This document shows positions 37,492 through 47,768 of a stretch of 64,000 nucleotides of DNA, in pieces. Numbering within the stretch: the stretch's first letter is position 1; each line of letters starts with the position of its first letter. The DNA is from a virus. The DNA lies in the IMG/VR virus record IMGVR_UViG_3300035698_027542, positions 2,787-66,786 of that record; one strand, 5' to 3'. Under the pieces are notes generated by a model. That model worked only from the letters and a program-made list of their open reading frames with translations, did not search any database and was not told the DNA's origin. Position numbers and translations under genes: made by a program.

Positions 37492-40400
37492 TTAACTACA
37501 CCTACTAAAACCACAAGAAGTACAACTTATGCAGCCTTCCATTCTTTTTAGTTCTCCTCCACACTCTGGACATTCTTCTCCATGAACCATTTCTCCATCT
37601 TCTATATATTTTTTAAGAACCCTACAAATAGCTTTAGCAAACCCCATTAAGTCCCCTTTTGTTTTTTCTAGTTGATGAACTATAAAATCAATTCCACATC
37701 CATGTCTTAAATTGCTTGATATTAATCTAGTTATTGCTTCTTGTTCTTCATCTATATATTCAGAAATATTATCATAAACTATTTCTTCATTTCCTATTTT
37801 ACAAATTGCATATTCCCCTCTTTTAATTTTTTTAATAACCATTTTTTCTGAACTAATTTTAAAATCATCATTTTTACCAGCAAATATTTCATACGGCTCA
37901 ACACCATTTAATAATCCGATTATAACAAAATATCTTTCTCCCTTAACTGTTGCTTGGTGAATATTACACCTTAATAACCTAGGCCTTTTAGGAGCATGAT
38001 TTTTTATAATACGAGATTTTTCTTCTTCTTCTTTTTGTTTTGTAGAATCTATTAAAACGCCTGTTCTACAATTCTTCCTATAAATTGTAATTCCCTTACA
38101 ACCTTGTTTCCATGCTTCTGTATATATTTTTGAAATTTCTTCTTTTGTAACGTCTTCTGGCAAATTTATTGTACTACTAATACTATGATCTATATATTTA
38201 TTAGCAGTTGATTGAACTTTAATTCTATCTTTCCAATTAACTTTTTCCGCACAACAATTGTACCATGGAGATTTTGTAATATCTTCTTCTCCTGTCACTT
38301 CTTTCCATTTTTCAATTTTTGGATGAACAACTTCAAATTCTTGCCACTTATCTCCATTATCATCTACAAAATCAACTCTATTATTTTTATCTTCTGCGTT
38401 TATTTTTTTTCTACGTTTATATGATAATTCAAAAACTGGTTCTATCCCAGAAGATGTTTGTGTCATAATTGAAACGCTACCTGAGGGTGCAAGCGTTAGT
38501 AATCCTATATTTCTCCTTCCATACTTTTTCATATCTTTCCATAGATTTTCATCTTCTTCTTTTATCCTTAATAAAAAAGGATTGTTTTTTTCTAAATTAT
38601 GGTTCCAAACAGGAAAAGATCCTAATTCTTGAGCCATATCAACAGAAGATCTATAACAACCTAATTTTAAAGTTTTAAATATTTTTTCTATAAAAAAAAT
38701 ACTTTTTTTAGAACCATATTCTAAACCACAAGCAGCAAGAGTATCAGCTACTGCATTTACTCCTGTACCTGTTCTTCTTCCATCTTGACATGCTTTTTTA
38801 ATTTTTTCCCACAACTCTAATTCATCTCTTTTAATCTCTAATGGCTCAGGATCTTTTTTAACTTTATTAATTATTCTATTTATATGCTCTATTTCTAAAT
38901 CAATCATATCATCCATTAATCTTTGAGCTATTTGAGTATAATTATAAAATTTATCAAAATCAAATTCTGAATTTTTAGAAAATGGATTATTAACAAAACT
39001 ATATAAATTTAATAATAATAAACGACAAGAATCATGTTCACTTAAAGGTAGCTCAGAACAAGGATTCGTCCCAACTGTTTTAAACCCGAAATCAGAATAA
39101 CAATCTGCTGGACTTTCTCTAATAATATTATCCCACAACAAAAGACCTGGCTCTCCCATAGCATGAGCATTTTCTATAATTTCATCCCATACTTGTTTTG
39201 CATTTACCATTTGAGAAAATTTAATATCTTTACCTATTGCATCTACTGGAAATCTTTGCTCATATTCTGTATTATCATTTATCGCTTTTAAAAATTCATC
39301 TGATAATCTAATTGAAAGATTAGCCCCTGTCACCTTTGTTAAATCTCTTTTTATTTTTGCGAAAGATAAAACTTCTGGATGATGAATAGAAATTGTTATA
39401 ATTAATGCTCCTCTTCTTCCTGCTTGTCCAACCTCCCGAATACTATTACTAAATCTCTCCATAAAAGGAATAATACCTGTACTTGTTTTTGCTGCGTTTG
39501 TGGTTAAAAAACCTTTAGGTCTTAAATTAGAGATATCTATACCTATTCCACCTCTTCTTTTTGAAATATTCACTATTTCTTCATCTGTTTTACAAATTCC
39601 TGAATAGCTATCTAATGGAGATGCTCCTACAAAACAATTTTTACACACAATCCCTTCGACAGAATAAGAATTGTCATTTTCAACACCTAAATTATATACA
39701 AAATCATCCTTTTTTATGCAAATATCCTTATTATCTATACGAACAAAATATTGCCCATCGATATTAATAGTTTTAAATGTTGATATTTTCCGATTTATCA
39801 AAATATTAATTCTATTATCAGAATATTTTTTATTACAATTTATTAACAACTCATTATTGTTTGAAAAAGAAAGCCTTGAGTATTTTGGTTGCCCTGCTCC
39901 TTTTGCTATTCTTGCAACAATATTTCTAGAACGACATAAAAAATAGAAAGATTCAATAAGAGAGGTATTATTAAGAACAACTCTTAGCTCTCCATCTTTT
40001 GTAATTGTTCCATCTGAGTCTATAAGCCCTTGTATCAAATTTATTACTAGTTTTCTTGGCCATTTATACGCTTCTTTATAAAGTTTTTTTCCATCACACA
40101 TCCTCCCAAAAAGCTTTTCAAAAACAATACCGATTAAAACACTATGAAAAACAATTTGACAAGTTCCGTCAATATGCTGATTATAATTAATATCTGGTTT
40201 AATTCCAAAGATTTTTTCTCCATGTCTAGAAACAAATTTAATTATTTTTTCTTCATGAGAACCAAAAGTAAAAGTTATCCCTCTAATACTTTTGCGCTTA
40301 ATTGTATTCCTGTTGCTTTTTTTATTTCTCATCCCAGAGGTTTTGCTAGAATTATTAGAAAACACGCAACCGTCTCCGTACCATAGCCCTAAAAAATAAC

Positions 40401-41244
40401 AAAAATCTTCATTTATTTCCCATATATTGTTAATAGATTTTTTATGTTTTTGAAATATATCTTTTTTATTCTTTGTTCTATGTTCGCATTTTGTATGAAG
40501 AGCAATGGTTTTATTCTTATTTAATTCCAATTTATATGAGATATCTTCCGAGGTAAAAGATTCCTCCATAATTTTTTGGATATTAATATTATTAAACGGC
40601 TTTATACCCTCTTCTTTTAATGATGGAACCGCTATAAAATCTCCCACTCTTAAATAAGAAACCTCATTCCACTGAGGATTTTCTCCCCATTTTTGTTGCT
40701 CTTTAGATATTGACCAGAAACGATGATTTATTGTTGTTTTAAAAGAAGGTGTCCCATAACATTTAATATTATACATTTTATTCTCATACTTATTTTTATG
40801 AGTTTGCTTAACCTCTTCAATATTTCCTTTATGAGTTATAACTCTATCTCCGATACTAACATCTTCAATATTTTTAACCCCATCTAACGTAAAAACCCTA
40901 GTCCCTTTAGAGAAACAATTCGAAAGACTAACATATCTATGAAAGTCCCCTATCCCGCTTAACCCACTACCTTGAGGAATAATATATCTAAAATCTTTAA
41001 AATAATTATATATATCTTCTTCATTTATTGGATTTTTAAATTTATTTTTTTCTATTCTAGCAAATTCTTTTGCTAATCTATGATGCATTTTATCAGGAGT
41101 GTCTTCTAATATTCCCCCCCCTTCGTTCTTTAATGCATATTTATCTATAAAAACTTTTGATGCTAAATCGTCCCCATTAAAATACTCAATGCTCTTTTTT
41201 AAAGAAGCATTGTAATCATAAATCTCTGTCATAAAGCTCTCCAT
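37492..41244 (-). CDS. nrdJ: Class II (AdoCbl-dependent) ribonucleotide reductase with intein
   Basis: SLSN/CF, TNPCSE, APSGS, SSGIEP, KGITIYR, C-terminal CPEC..EGC..C..CGFSRC; no NrdB seen in the window. Confidence 0.88.
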   Translation of the reverse strand: MESFMTEIYDYNASLKKSIEYFNGDDLASKVFIDKYALKNEGGGILEDTPDKMHHRLAKEFARIEKNKFKNPINEEDIYNYFKDFRYIIPQGSGLSGIGDFHRYVSLSNCFSKGTRVFTLDGVKNIEDVSIGDRVITHKGNIEEVKQTHKNKYENKMYNIKCYGTPSFKTTINHRFWSISKEQQKWGENPQWNEVSYLRVGDFIAVPSLKEEGIKPFNNINIQKIMEESFTSEDISYKLELNKNKTIALHTKCEHRTKNKKDIFQKHKKSINNIWEINEDFCYFLGLWYGDGCVFSNNSSKTSGMRNKKSNRNTIKRKSIRGITFTFGSHEEKIIKFVSRHGEKIFGIKPDINYNQHIDGTCQIVFHSVLIGIVFEKLFGRMCDGKKLYKEAYKWPRKLVINLIQGLIDSDGTITKDGELRVVLNNTSLIESFYFLCRSRNIVARIAKGAGQPKYSRLSFSNNNELLINCNKKYSDNRINILINRKISTFKTINIDGQYFVRIDNKDICIKKDDFVYNLGVENDNSYSVEGIVCKNCFVGASPLDSYSGICKTDEEIVNISKRRGGIGIDISNLRPKGFLTTNAAKTSTGIIPFMERFSNSIREVGQAGRRGALIITISIHHPEVLSFAKIKRDLTKVTGANLSIRLSDEFLKAINDNTEYEQRFPVDAIGKDIKFSQMVNAKQVWDEIIENAHAMGEPGLLLWDNIIRESPADCYSDFGFKTVGTNPCSELPLSEHDSCRLLLLNLYSFVNNPFSKNSEFDFDKFYNYTQIAQRLMDDMIDLEIEHINRIINKVKKDPEPLEIKRDELELWEKIKKACQDGRRTGTGVNAVADTLAACGLEYGSKKSIFFIEKIFKTLKLGCYRSSVDMAQELGSFPVWNHNLEKNNPFLLRIKEEDENLWKDMKKYGRRNIGLLTLAPSGSVSIMTQTSSGIEPVFELSYKRRKKINAEDKNNRVDFVDDNGDKWQEFEVVHPKIEKWKEVTGEEDITKSPWYNCCAEKVNWKDRIKVQSTANKYIDHSISSTINLPEDVTKEEISKIYTEAWKQGCKGITIYRKNCRTGVLIDSTKQKEEEEKSRIIKNHAPKRPRLLRCNIHQATVKGERYFVIIGLLNGVEPYEIFAGKNDDFKISSEKMVIKKIKRGEYAICKIGNEEIVYDNISEYIDEEQEAITRLISSNLRHGCGIDFIVHQLEKTKGDLMGFAKAICRVLKKYIEDGEMVHGEECPECGGELKRMEGCISCTSCGFSRCS
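39637..40917 (-). mobile_element. Intein (427 aa) with LAGLIDADG domain, in RNR
   Basis: SN/CFSKGT ... TTINHRF ... GLWYGDG ... GLIDSDG ... VYNLGVE ... VCKN/C. Confidence 0.92.
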
Positions 41245-41289
41245 TATATTCTCTAACTAAAAATATAATAGAGATTATCTAATCACTTT

Positions 41290-42018
41290 TCAACCTGTTA
41301 AAATTTTTACTAATTGCTCTCTATTATATTTTTGGTCCCCAAGCATGGATACCGCTTCTTCTATCGTCTTTCTTTCGGGGAAAACTTTATTTCGAGAACA
41401 ATTAATAATAGTTCGCCCCTTACTGTTATTTTTAATAAATTCTAAGCCCTGAACACAGGCTGGAAGAGTATGCCCTCTATGCATAGAGTTATTCCCATAA
41501 AAATCAGTCATTCCATTTTTAGCATTACGGCAATCCATACCAACCAAAATAATAGGGTTACACCCTAGAGCATAAGCAAATTGATATGTTATACATCCAC
41601 TACTACCCCTACCATATAAAGTTGCAACATTACTAGTTAATTTTGGAGTTTTACCATTAAGAAAAAAGGTATAAAACCCTCCCTGAGTTTCTGATCCTTC
41701 TCTACAAAATTTCACAGCTTTACTTTTTAAAACTTTGTCTTTTTCTTGTGCCCAAAGAGCTAAATCTTGCCATAATAATATCGTAGGATCATATTTATAG
41801 AAAATTCTATTTATGCCAATAGTGAAATAATCATCTAAAATGGAGATATTATCTATTTTATTTAGAGAGCAAGCATTACCTAATATGAAACAAGGCATAT
41901 CTTTCATTTTTTCAGTCCATGATATAGGACTTAAAGATTTCTCCCTCCTATGAGGTAATTTTCTATTTTTTCGAACAGCGCTAGGCCTTCTGTTCCTTGC
42001 TCCTGCTCTCCTCACCAT
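41290..42018 (-). CDS. DUF115/MptE-like (MAF/glycosyltransferase-related) protein
   Basis: CFILGNACSL, TIGINR, AYALGCNPIILVGMD, IINCS. Confidence 0.65.
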   Translation of the reverse strand: MVRRAGARNRRPSAVRKNRKLPHRREKSLSPISWTEKMKDMPCFILGNACSLNKIDNISILDDYFTIGINRIFYKYDPTILLWQDLALWAQEKDKVLKSKAVKFCREGSETQGGFYTFFLNGKTPKLTSNVATLYGRGSSGCITYQFAYALGCNPIILVGMDCRNAKNGMTDFYGNNSMHRGHTLPACVQGLEFIKNNSKGRTIINCSRNKVFPERKTIEEAVSMLGDQKYNREQLVKILTG

Positions 42019-42022
42019 ATCA

Positions 42023-42592
42023 TTAAACGCCTTTTATGAATTTTTTCCATGCCTCAGGAACCTTCATCTTTGGATCAATAAGTAATCTATCTGAGTCAGG
42101 CTTAGAAGGCTTTCTGATTAATTTAAGACCAGCCTCTTTGGGAGTCCTATCATCTTTCATACTATTAATTTCTTTTGAGCATACAACCATATTGCCCCAT
42201 TCATTCTTACCTCCTCTAGAACGAGGGATAACATGATCTATATTAGAATCTGCTTCTCTTACTTTCTTTCCTGTATATTGACATTTATATCCATCACGAA
42301 TATAAATATTTCTTTTCGTAAGTCTTACATCTTTTCTATAAACTTTATCCCATACAGATAAAACAATTATAGATGGCACTTTAACATCATAGTTAGAACC
42401 TATTATTACAGAGTCTGTTTCTTTTATGGGTTGTTTAATCCAATCTCCCCACTTATAAACATACCATGTATCAGTATCAACCGCCGAAGCCTTATCAGCA
42501 TAAATCAAAGTTAAAGCTCTATGTGCGCGGATGATCCGTATTGCTTGCCACATTTTATTTAGTACTAATACTTCTTTATTCAATGAAGACAT
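42023..42592 (-). CDS. HNH endonuclease (McrA-like)
   Basis: VLVLN...RNIYIRDGYKCQYTG...IDHVIPRSRGG...W.N.V...N..K..RTP. Confidence 0.88.
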   Translation of the reverse strand: MSSLNKEVLVLNKMWQAIRIIRAHRALTLIYADKASAVDTDTWYVYKWGDWIKQPIKETDSVIIGSNYDVKVPSIIVLSVWDKVYRKDVRLTKRNIYIRDGYKCQYTGKKVREADSNIDHVIPRSRGGKNEWGNMVVCSKEINSMKDDRTPKEAGLKLIRKPSKPDSDRLLIDPKMKVPEAWKKFIKGV

Positions 42593-42593
42593 A

Positions 42594-43100
42594 TTAACTC
42601 CTTTTAACGAAATTATTAGACTCTGTTATAAACTCTTTATTATTATCCATTATTTTTATTTTTATCTTATCATCATATCTATTACAATTTTCTAACGTGA
42701 TTCTTGCAATTGTTTTTGCATCAAGGCCTCCTTCTTCTATTCCTATTCCACATATTGTAACTGTTTCCATGCCATCTCTTACTACTTCTTGTAAGGCATT
42801 ATTTAAAGCCGAATCGACTATAAATATAGAACTAAAATCACTTTGTAGTCTTTTTATCACAACATGATATATTTTTTTAAGACCTCTTCTCTTTAATCTT
42901 CCAGGTCCTGTCGAAAAGCAATCTCCTATCTCTATCTTATTATTCGTAATAATTTGCTTCACTTCTTTAGAAATACTTGAAAGACCATCTTTTACTATCC
43001 TACCAGGTACACCTCTACTCATAACTCCTTTAGTATTTGCAGGGATAATAAGAGCTTCTGATTTTGGATAACAGACATCTCCTAATACTACTTCTATCAT
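42594..43100 (-). CDS. Macro domain protein (ADP-ribose binding/hydrolysis)
   Basis: GD....EALIIPAN...MSRGV, TGPGRL, IYHVV, GIG...GG. Confidence 0.8.
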   Translation of the reverse strand: MIEVVLGDVCYPKSEALIIPANTKGVMSRGVPGRIVKDGLSSISKEVKQIITNNKIEIGDCFSTGPGRLKRRGLKKIYHVVIKRLQSDFSSIFIVDSALNNALQEVVRDGMETVTICGIGIEEGGLDAKTIARITLENCNRYDDKIKIKIMDNNKEFITESNNFVKRS

Positions 43101-43258
43101 GATTTTACCCTATCTTTCTACATTGTGCTATCATTATTTTCACTTTTTTCTACTTTTCTTTAAAATACCTATTTTCTGCATATATACCCCTTTTTTCACT
43201 TTCTTTTTTTTTTTTCTTTTTTCGCTTGTGTTTTCCTAAGTACTACATACAATAAATC

Positions 43259-43348
43259 GATATTGATATTGATATTGATATTGATATTGACTAGGGACTA
43301 GGGACTAGGGACTAGGGACTAGGGACTAGAAAACTAGGGACTAGGGAC
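43259..43348. repeat. Tandem repeats (GATATT)x5 then (GACTAGG)x5 plus further copies
   Basis: Read directly; intergenic. Confidence 0.95.
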
Positions 43349-43399
43349 AATGATATCATTATATAAATATAATAATATGCACAGAGAAAGAAAAACCTA

Positions 43400-44245
43400 T
43401 TAAAACAATGGATCTTTATCATTACAAGCCTTTATAAATTCTTTTATATTATTTCCAAAAAATTCAGGATTTCTTTCTATTTTATCTCTTAATCTTTCTA
43501 TAATGTCCATATGAATTTGACTTATTCTAGATTCTGACGTATTAATTTTCTTTCCAATTTCTCCCATAGTTAAGTTTTCATAATAGTAGTAATAAATTAT
43601 TTTTTGCTCCATAGGAGAGAAATTTTTACTGATAAGCTTACTTATAAATTCTTTTCTTATTAACTTACTATCGGGAGAAGTAGATTTCTTATCGGTTAAA
43701 TTTACTAACGAATCTTGTTTAAAATCTTCTTGTTTGCTACTATCACTAATATTGCTACCTTCTAGACTTATAAGATTTAAAGGACTATATTTTTTTATAT
43801 TTCTTAAATATTCCTTTTGAGCTATACCTAATTTTTCTATAATTTCATAGTCATCTACTCTTCTACCTTCAGAATGTTCCATTTCTTGTCTTGTTTTTTC
43901 TATAAGATTATGATTTAATCTTACAGATCTAGGTACAAAATCTATCTTTCTTATATTATCTATCATCGATCCACTTATTCTACGATTAGCATAAGCAGGA
44001 AAATCCACTCCTCTATCTAACGAAAACTTGTCTATTGCTATGTAAAGACCGTCCAGACCAAAACTAGCTAATTCATCAGGTTGTAAATTCCATTGTAGTT
44101 TCTCTGCCATTTTATAAGATATTTTTTGAACTAATGGATAATAAAGCTCTACTAATTTCTGTTTTGTTTTGTCTTTTTTACTTTTTATCTTCTCTTTTTG
44201 GAATTTTTCCCATAGCCTCAGATTGCTGATTTTTTGTTTTTCCAT
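43400..44245 (-). CDS. fliA: RNA polymerase sigma factor, FliA/WhiG family
   Basis: GL..AIDKF...RGV.F..YA..RI.G.MID.IR..DFVPRSVR; region 4 LTMGEIG.....SESRISQIH. Confidence 0.85.
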   Translation of the reverse strand: MEKQKISNLRLWEKFQKEKIKSKKDKTKQKLVELYYPLVQKISYKMAEKLQWNLQPDELASFGLDGLYIAIDKFSLDRGVDFPAYANRRISGSMIDNIRKIDFVPRSVRLNHNLIEKTRQEMEHSEGRRVDDYEIIEKLGIAQKEYLRNIKKYSPLNLISLEGSNISDSSKQEDFKQDSLVNLTDKKSTSPDSKLIRKEFISKLISKNFSPMEQKIIYYYYYENLTMGEIGKKINTSESRISQIHMDIIERLRDKIERNPEFFGNNIKEFIKACNDKDPLF

Positions 44246-44508
44246 ATATATTCCTTTAAAATTACATTATTTTACATTATCATACTAAAAATAAAGTTAT
44301 CACTTTTCAAATATTTCTCTTGCTATTTAAAAGTGAATATGGTAAAATCTTTAAAAATATCATTATACAAAGAACCTCATTTTTCCAGACAAGTGGTTTT
44401 TTATAGATAATAGATAACGATCTTTATAAAATAAATAAAGGATAATAACCTATATAAGTTCAAATATAAGTTTAAACATAAATATAAATACTTATATAGG
44501 GGATAATT

Positions 44509-45315
44509 GTGAAAAAATCTGGTTTAATTTATATATTCGTAGATAATAATAAAAAACCTTTTTATGTCGGGAAAACCATTAATTTAAAAAAAAGAATAAA
44601 AGGACACTTATTAGAATGCAAAAAGAAAAATAAGCTATATAAATACAATAAACTTAGAAAAATACTATCTACAGGATTAACTATTGATGAAATTACTATT
44701 ATAATTGAAGATAATATTAGCATAGAATTTCTTGACGATAGAGAAATTTATTATATTAAAAGGTTAAGAGAAAATGGATACAAATTGACCAATTTAACTG
44801 ATGGAGGAGAAGGAGGAGATACTTTTTCTAATAACCCTAATAAAGAAAAAATTAGAAAAAAAAGAAGTCAAATAATGAATAATTTATATGAAGATACGAA
44901 TAAAAAAGAAAAATTTTTAAGCTACAGGACACAAAATTGGAAAAATGAAATAAGTAAATCTAAAAAAGGAATATCTTGGGGGAAACATTCAGAAAAAACA
45001 AAAAAAAGAATAAGCGAAACTAGAATAGGAATAAAGTTCTCAAAAACTCATAAAAAGAATTTAAGTGTAGCAAGAAAAAAAAGAATTACAACTTATGAAA
45101 CAAGACAAAAAATGAGCAAAACATCAAAAGGAACAATAAATATTAAAAAATACAAATTAATAGATCCTAATGGTATTCAACATATAACCACAAATGGATT
45201 AACCAAATTTTGTGAAGAAAATAATTTAACAGCGGCTAATTTAATGAAAGTTTTAAAAGGCGATAGAAAACATCATAAAGGTTGGATAATTGAAAGGATA
45301 ACCAATGATAATTAA
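44509..45315 (+). CDS. GIY-YIG homing endonuclease with NUMOD3 repeats
   Basis: LIY...FYVGKT...R...H; E..YI; N.TDGGEG; HSEKTKKRIS. Confidence 0.85.
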   Translation: MKKSGLIYIFVDNNKKPFYVGKTINLKKRIKGHLLECKKKNKLYKYNKLRKILSTGLTIDEITIIIEDNISIEFLDDREIYYIKRLRENGYKLTNLTDGGEGGDTFSNNPNKEKIRKKRSQIMNNLYEDTNKKEKFLSYRTQNWKNEISKSKKGISWGKHSEKTKKRISETRIGIKFSKTHKKNLSVARKKRITTYETRQKMSKTSKGTINIKKYKLIDPNGIQHITTNGLTKFCEENNLTAANLMKVLKGDRKHHKGWIIERITNDN

Positions 45316-46486
45316 AAGCATTTTGGATAATGATTTGTATAAAATTAGTATGATGAATTATGCTTTAGAATTATTCCCTGAAGCTACTGTAGTTTATAAA
45401 TTCAAAAATAGAGGTCATCAACGGTTTAACCAAAAGTTTATGGTAGAGTTTCAAAAACAGATAAATAGCTTAAAAGATCTTAAACTAATTAACGAAGAAT
45501 ATATTTATTTAAAAGAGAATTATACGTATTTAACTCATGGATACTTTGAATATTTAAAGAATTTTAGATATGATCCTACAAAAGTCTTTATATGTCTAAC
45601 AAAAGATAACGATTTAGAATTAAGTATAACAGGAACATGGGTAGATAGAGTCCTTTTTGAAGTCCCCTTAATGGCTATTATTAGCGAATTATACTTTGCA
45701 ATAATTGATACTAATTGGAATTATGAAGGACAAGAAGAAAAAGCATATGAGAAAATTAAAAAGCTAAGTGAAGCAGGATGTCTTTTTGTAGAGATGGGGA
45801 CTAGACGCAGGAGAAGTTTTAAGACTCAAGATATGTTTATTCAAGAATGTATAAAATATAGTAAGGAAAATACAAATAGCACTTTTCTTGGGACAAGTAA
45901 TGTTTATTTTGCAAAGAAATATGGAATAAAATGCTATGGCAGTCAGGCTCACGAAATAACTCAAGCCGCTCAAGCTCTAAACAGCTATAACCACTGTAAT
46001 TATTATGCTATGGAGAATTGGATAAAAGTTTTTTCAAATTTACAAATTGGAACAGCATTAACAGACACAATAACTGTTGATATGTTTTTAAACGATTTTA
46101 ATAAAAAATTATCTACATTATATAAATCGGTTCGACACGATTCTGGAGATGAATTTTTATTCACCGACAAAATGATTAAACACTATGGAAAAATGTTAAT
46201 AGAACCTATGGAAAAAACTATTATTTTTTCTAATGGATTAAACACAGATAAAGCAATTTTAGTTAAAAGATATTGCGAAGAAAAAATAAAAAGTGCCGCT
46301 GGCATAGGAACCCATTTTACCAATGATTTTTTAAACAGTCCATCTTTAAATATGGTAATTAAATTATGGTCTGTAAATGGCTGTCCTGTTGTTAAATTAG
46401 GAGATGACGGAGAAGGAAAAGAAAATGGAGATCCAGAAGCGGTTAAATTTATGAGATGGCTTGTAAAAAATCAATTGGGATTATAA
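45305..46486 (+). CDS. pncB: Nicotinate phosphoribosyltransferase
   Basis: SILDNDLYK, EMGTRRRRS, GTSNV, AHE, ALTDT, VRHDSG, GIGT. Confidence 0.92.
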   Translation: MIIKSILDNDLYKISMMNYALELFPEATVVYKFKNRGHQRFNQKFMVEFQKQINSLKDLKLINEEYIYLKENYTYLTHGYFEYLKNFRYDPTKVFICLTKDNDLELSITGTWVDRVLFEVPLMAIISELYFAIIDTNWNYEGQEEKAYEKIKKLSEAGCLFVEMGTRRRRSFKTQDMFIQECIKYSKENTNSTFLGTSNVYFAKKYGIKCYGSQAHEITQAAQALNSYNHCNYYAMENWIKVFSNLQIGTALTDTITVDMFLNDFNKKLSTLYKSVRHDSGDEFLFTDKMIKHYGKMLIEPMEKTIIFSNGLNTDKAILVKRYCEEKIKSAAGIGTHFTNDFLNSPSLNMVIKLWSVNGCPVVKLGDDGEGKENGDPEAVKFMRWLVKNQLGL

Positions 46487-46509
46487 CACAAAAAGGAGTT
46501 AAAATTATA

Positions 46510-46725
46510 ATGGATAAAGAAAAAAATATGATTTTTAATGAACCTCTTATGATTATTGTATGTATAGTAATTTTCTTTTTAATCTGCATATCGATAGTTT
46601 GTTTATTGCATAATTTATGGTTTTATGGTGTAATATCATTTTTAGCATCAATTGCTATTATTATATCTATTGTAATATTAGTAAAATCTACTACTAAATA
46701 TAGTAAGGAAAAAAATGTTTACTAA
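46510..46725 (+). CDS. Small membrane protein
   Basis: Two hydrophobic segments; AGGAG RBS before ATG 46510. Confidence 0.55.
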   Translation: MDKEKNMIFNEPLMIIVCIVIFFLICISIVCLLHNLWFYGVISFLASIAIIISIVILVKSTTKYSKEKNVY

Positions 46726-46990
46726 AGGACCACAACCAGGATATTCTCCTAAAAGTGAGTTTTTAAAAATATGTTCTACTGCTTTTTGCAGAAAACAAAC
46801 ATATTGTTTAGATAGTGGAAGTTCTATAACTGGATATTATATTTATTTGAACGAAGAAGAAGAAGAAAAGAAAGAACATTACGCAACTGGAAAAAATTCT
46901 ATTTTAGCTTGGGAGCAAGCTTTCAATAAATGGGATACAATAAATTCAGAATATGAGAAAGGATATAATGAAAAAAGAACAAAAAATTAA
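46715..46990 (+). CDS. Hypothetical protein
   Basis: 91-aa ORF. Confidence 0.55.
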   Translation: MFTKGPQPGYSPKSEFLKICSTAFCRKQTYCLDSGSSITGYYIYLNEEEEEKKEHYATGKNSILAWEQAFNKWDTINSEYEKGYNEKRTKN

Positions 46991-47324
46991 ATTTGAGCAT
47001 TTAGAGTTTACTAAACAAGAGTTTAAAAAACTAAAACTAGATATATTAACAAAGAAATCTGTTTTTAGTCTTTTAAATCAAATACATAAAAAGAATATGA
47101 AAAAATATCATAGTGATTATTGCCCAGATGCTGTATGGAGAGATATGCAAGAAAGATGTATTCTCTTTTCAAATGATAAAAAAGTTTTAATATCGAAAGA
47201 AAGATTTAATAAAATAATAAAAATATATAAAACAGGAAAAGTAGAGTGGCCAGGAGATTTTAAGATTGAAAAATTTAATACTATAGCGGCCATGTTTATG
47301 AGAAATCAAGTATCAGAATGTTAA
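46968..47324 (+). CDS. Hypothetical protein
   Basis: Start moved to ATG 46968 (AAGGA RBS). Confidence 0.55.
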   Translation: MKKEQKIKFEHLEFTKQEFKKLKLDILTKKSVFSLLNQIHKKNMKKYHSDYCPDAVWRDMQERCILFSNDKKVLISKERFNKIIKIYKTGKVEWPGDFKIEKFNTIAAMFMRNQVSEC

Positions 47325-47337
47325 GGAGGTAAAAGGA

Positions 47338-47766
47338 ATAAAAACGAAAGAAGCAAAAAGAAAAGCAAGAGAAAAAATTCTTCGGAGAAGGCTGAAGAAG
47401 CAAGAAGATAGTGCGAAAAAAATAAGTAGAAGAATAATTAGAATTAAAAAAGAGTTAGATAAGACAATAGAAAAAATCAAACATGCAGCAATTGTAAGAA
47501 GTGATGGTATTTTAGAAACAGATAAAAGTCATCCCAATATAATTGCAAGATGTCCTTATGGAACTTGTAAGGCAGGTAGTAAGATGGGTTTTGTTACTTC
47601 TACAGGTAGATATGTTGATAGAGAAGAAGCTCTTAAAATAGCAATAGAATCTAAGCAAATACTGCCCGACATGGATACTATTAGAGGATGCGGTTTGTTA
47701 TCAGAAAATTTATGGGCAGATAGTGGTTTTAAATATGATGTTGTAAAAGGATATTATAAGGAATAA
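47338..47766 (+). CDS. Phage hypothetical protein, probable ATA start
   Basis: Frame open well upstream of the tracked ATG; IKHAAI...H...GF.T..GR.VDR.EA..IA pattern; AGGAGGT 7 nt before ATA. Confidence 0.55.
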   Translation: MKTKEAKRKAREKILRRRLKKQEDSAKKISRRIIRIKKELDKTIEKIKHAAIVRSDGILETDKSHPNIIARCPYGTCKAGSKMGFVTSTGRYVDREEALKIAIESKQILPDMDTIRGCGLLSENLWADSGFKYDVVKGYYKE

Positions 47767-47768
47767 TA

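Noticed and set aside
43259-43348. Tandem repeats as CRISPR
   Set aside because: Contiguous 6-7 nt units without spacers
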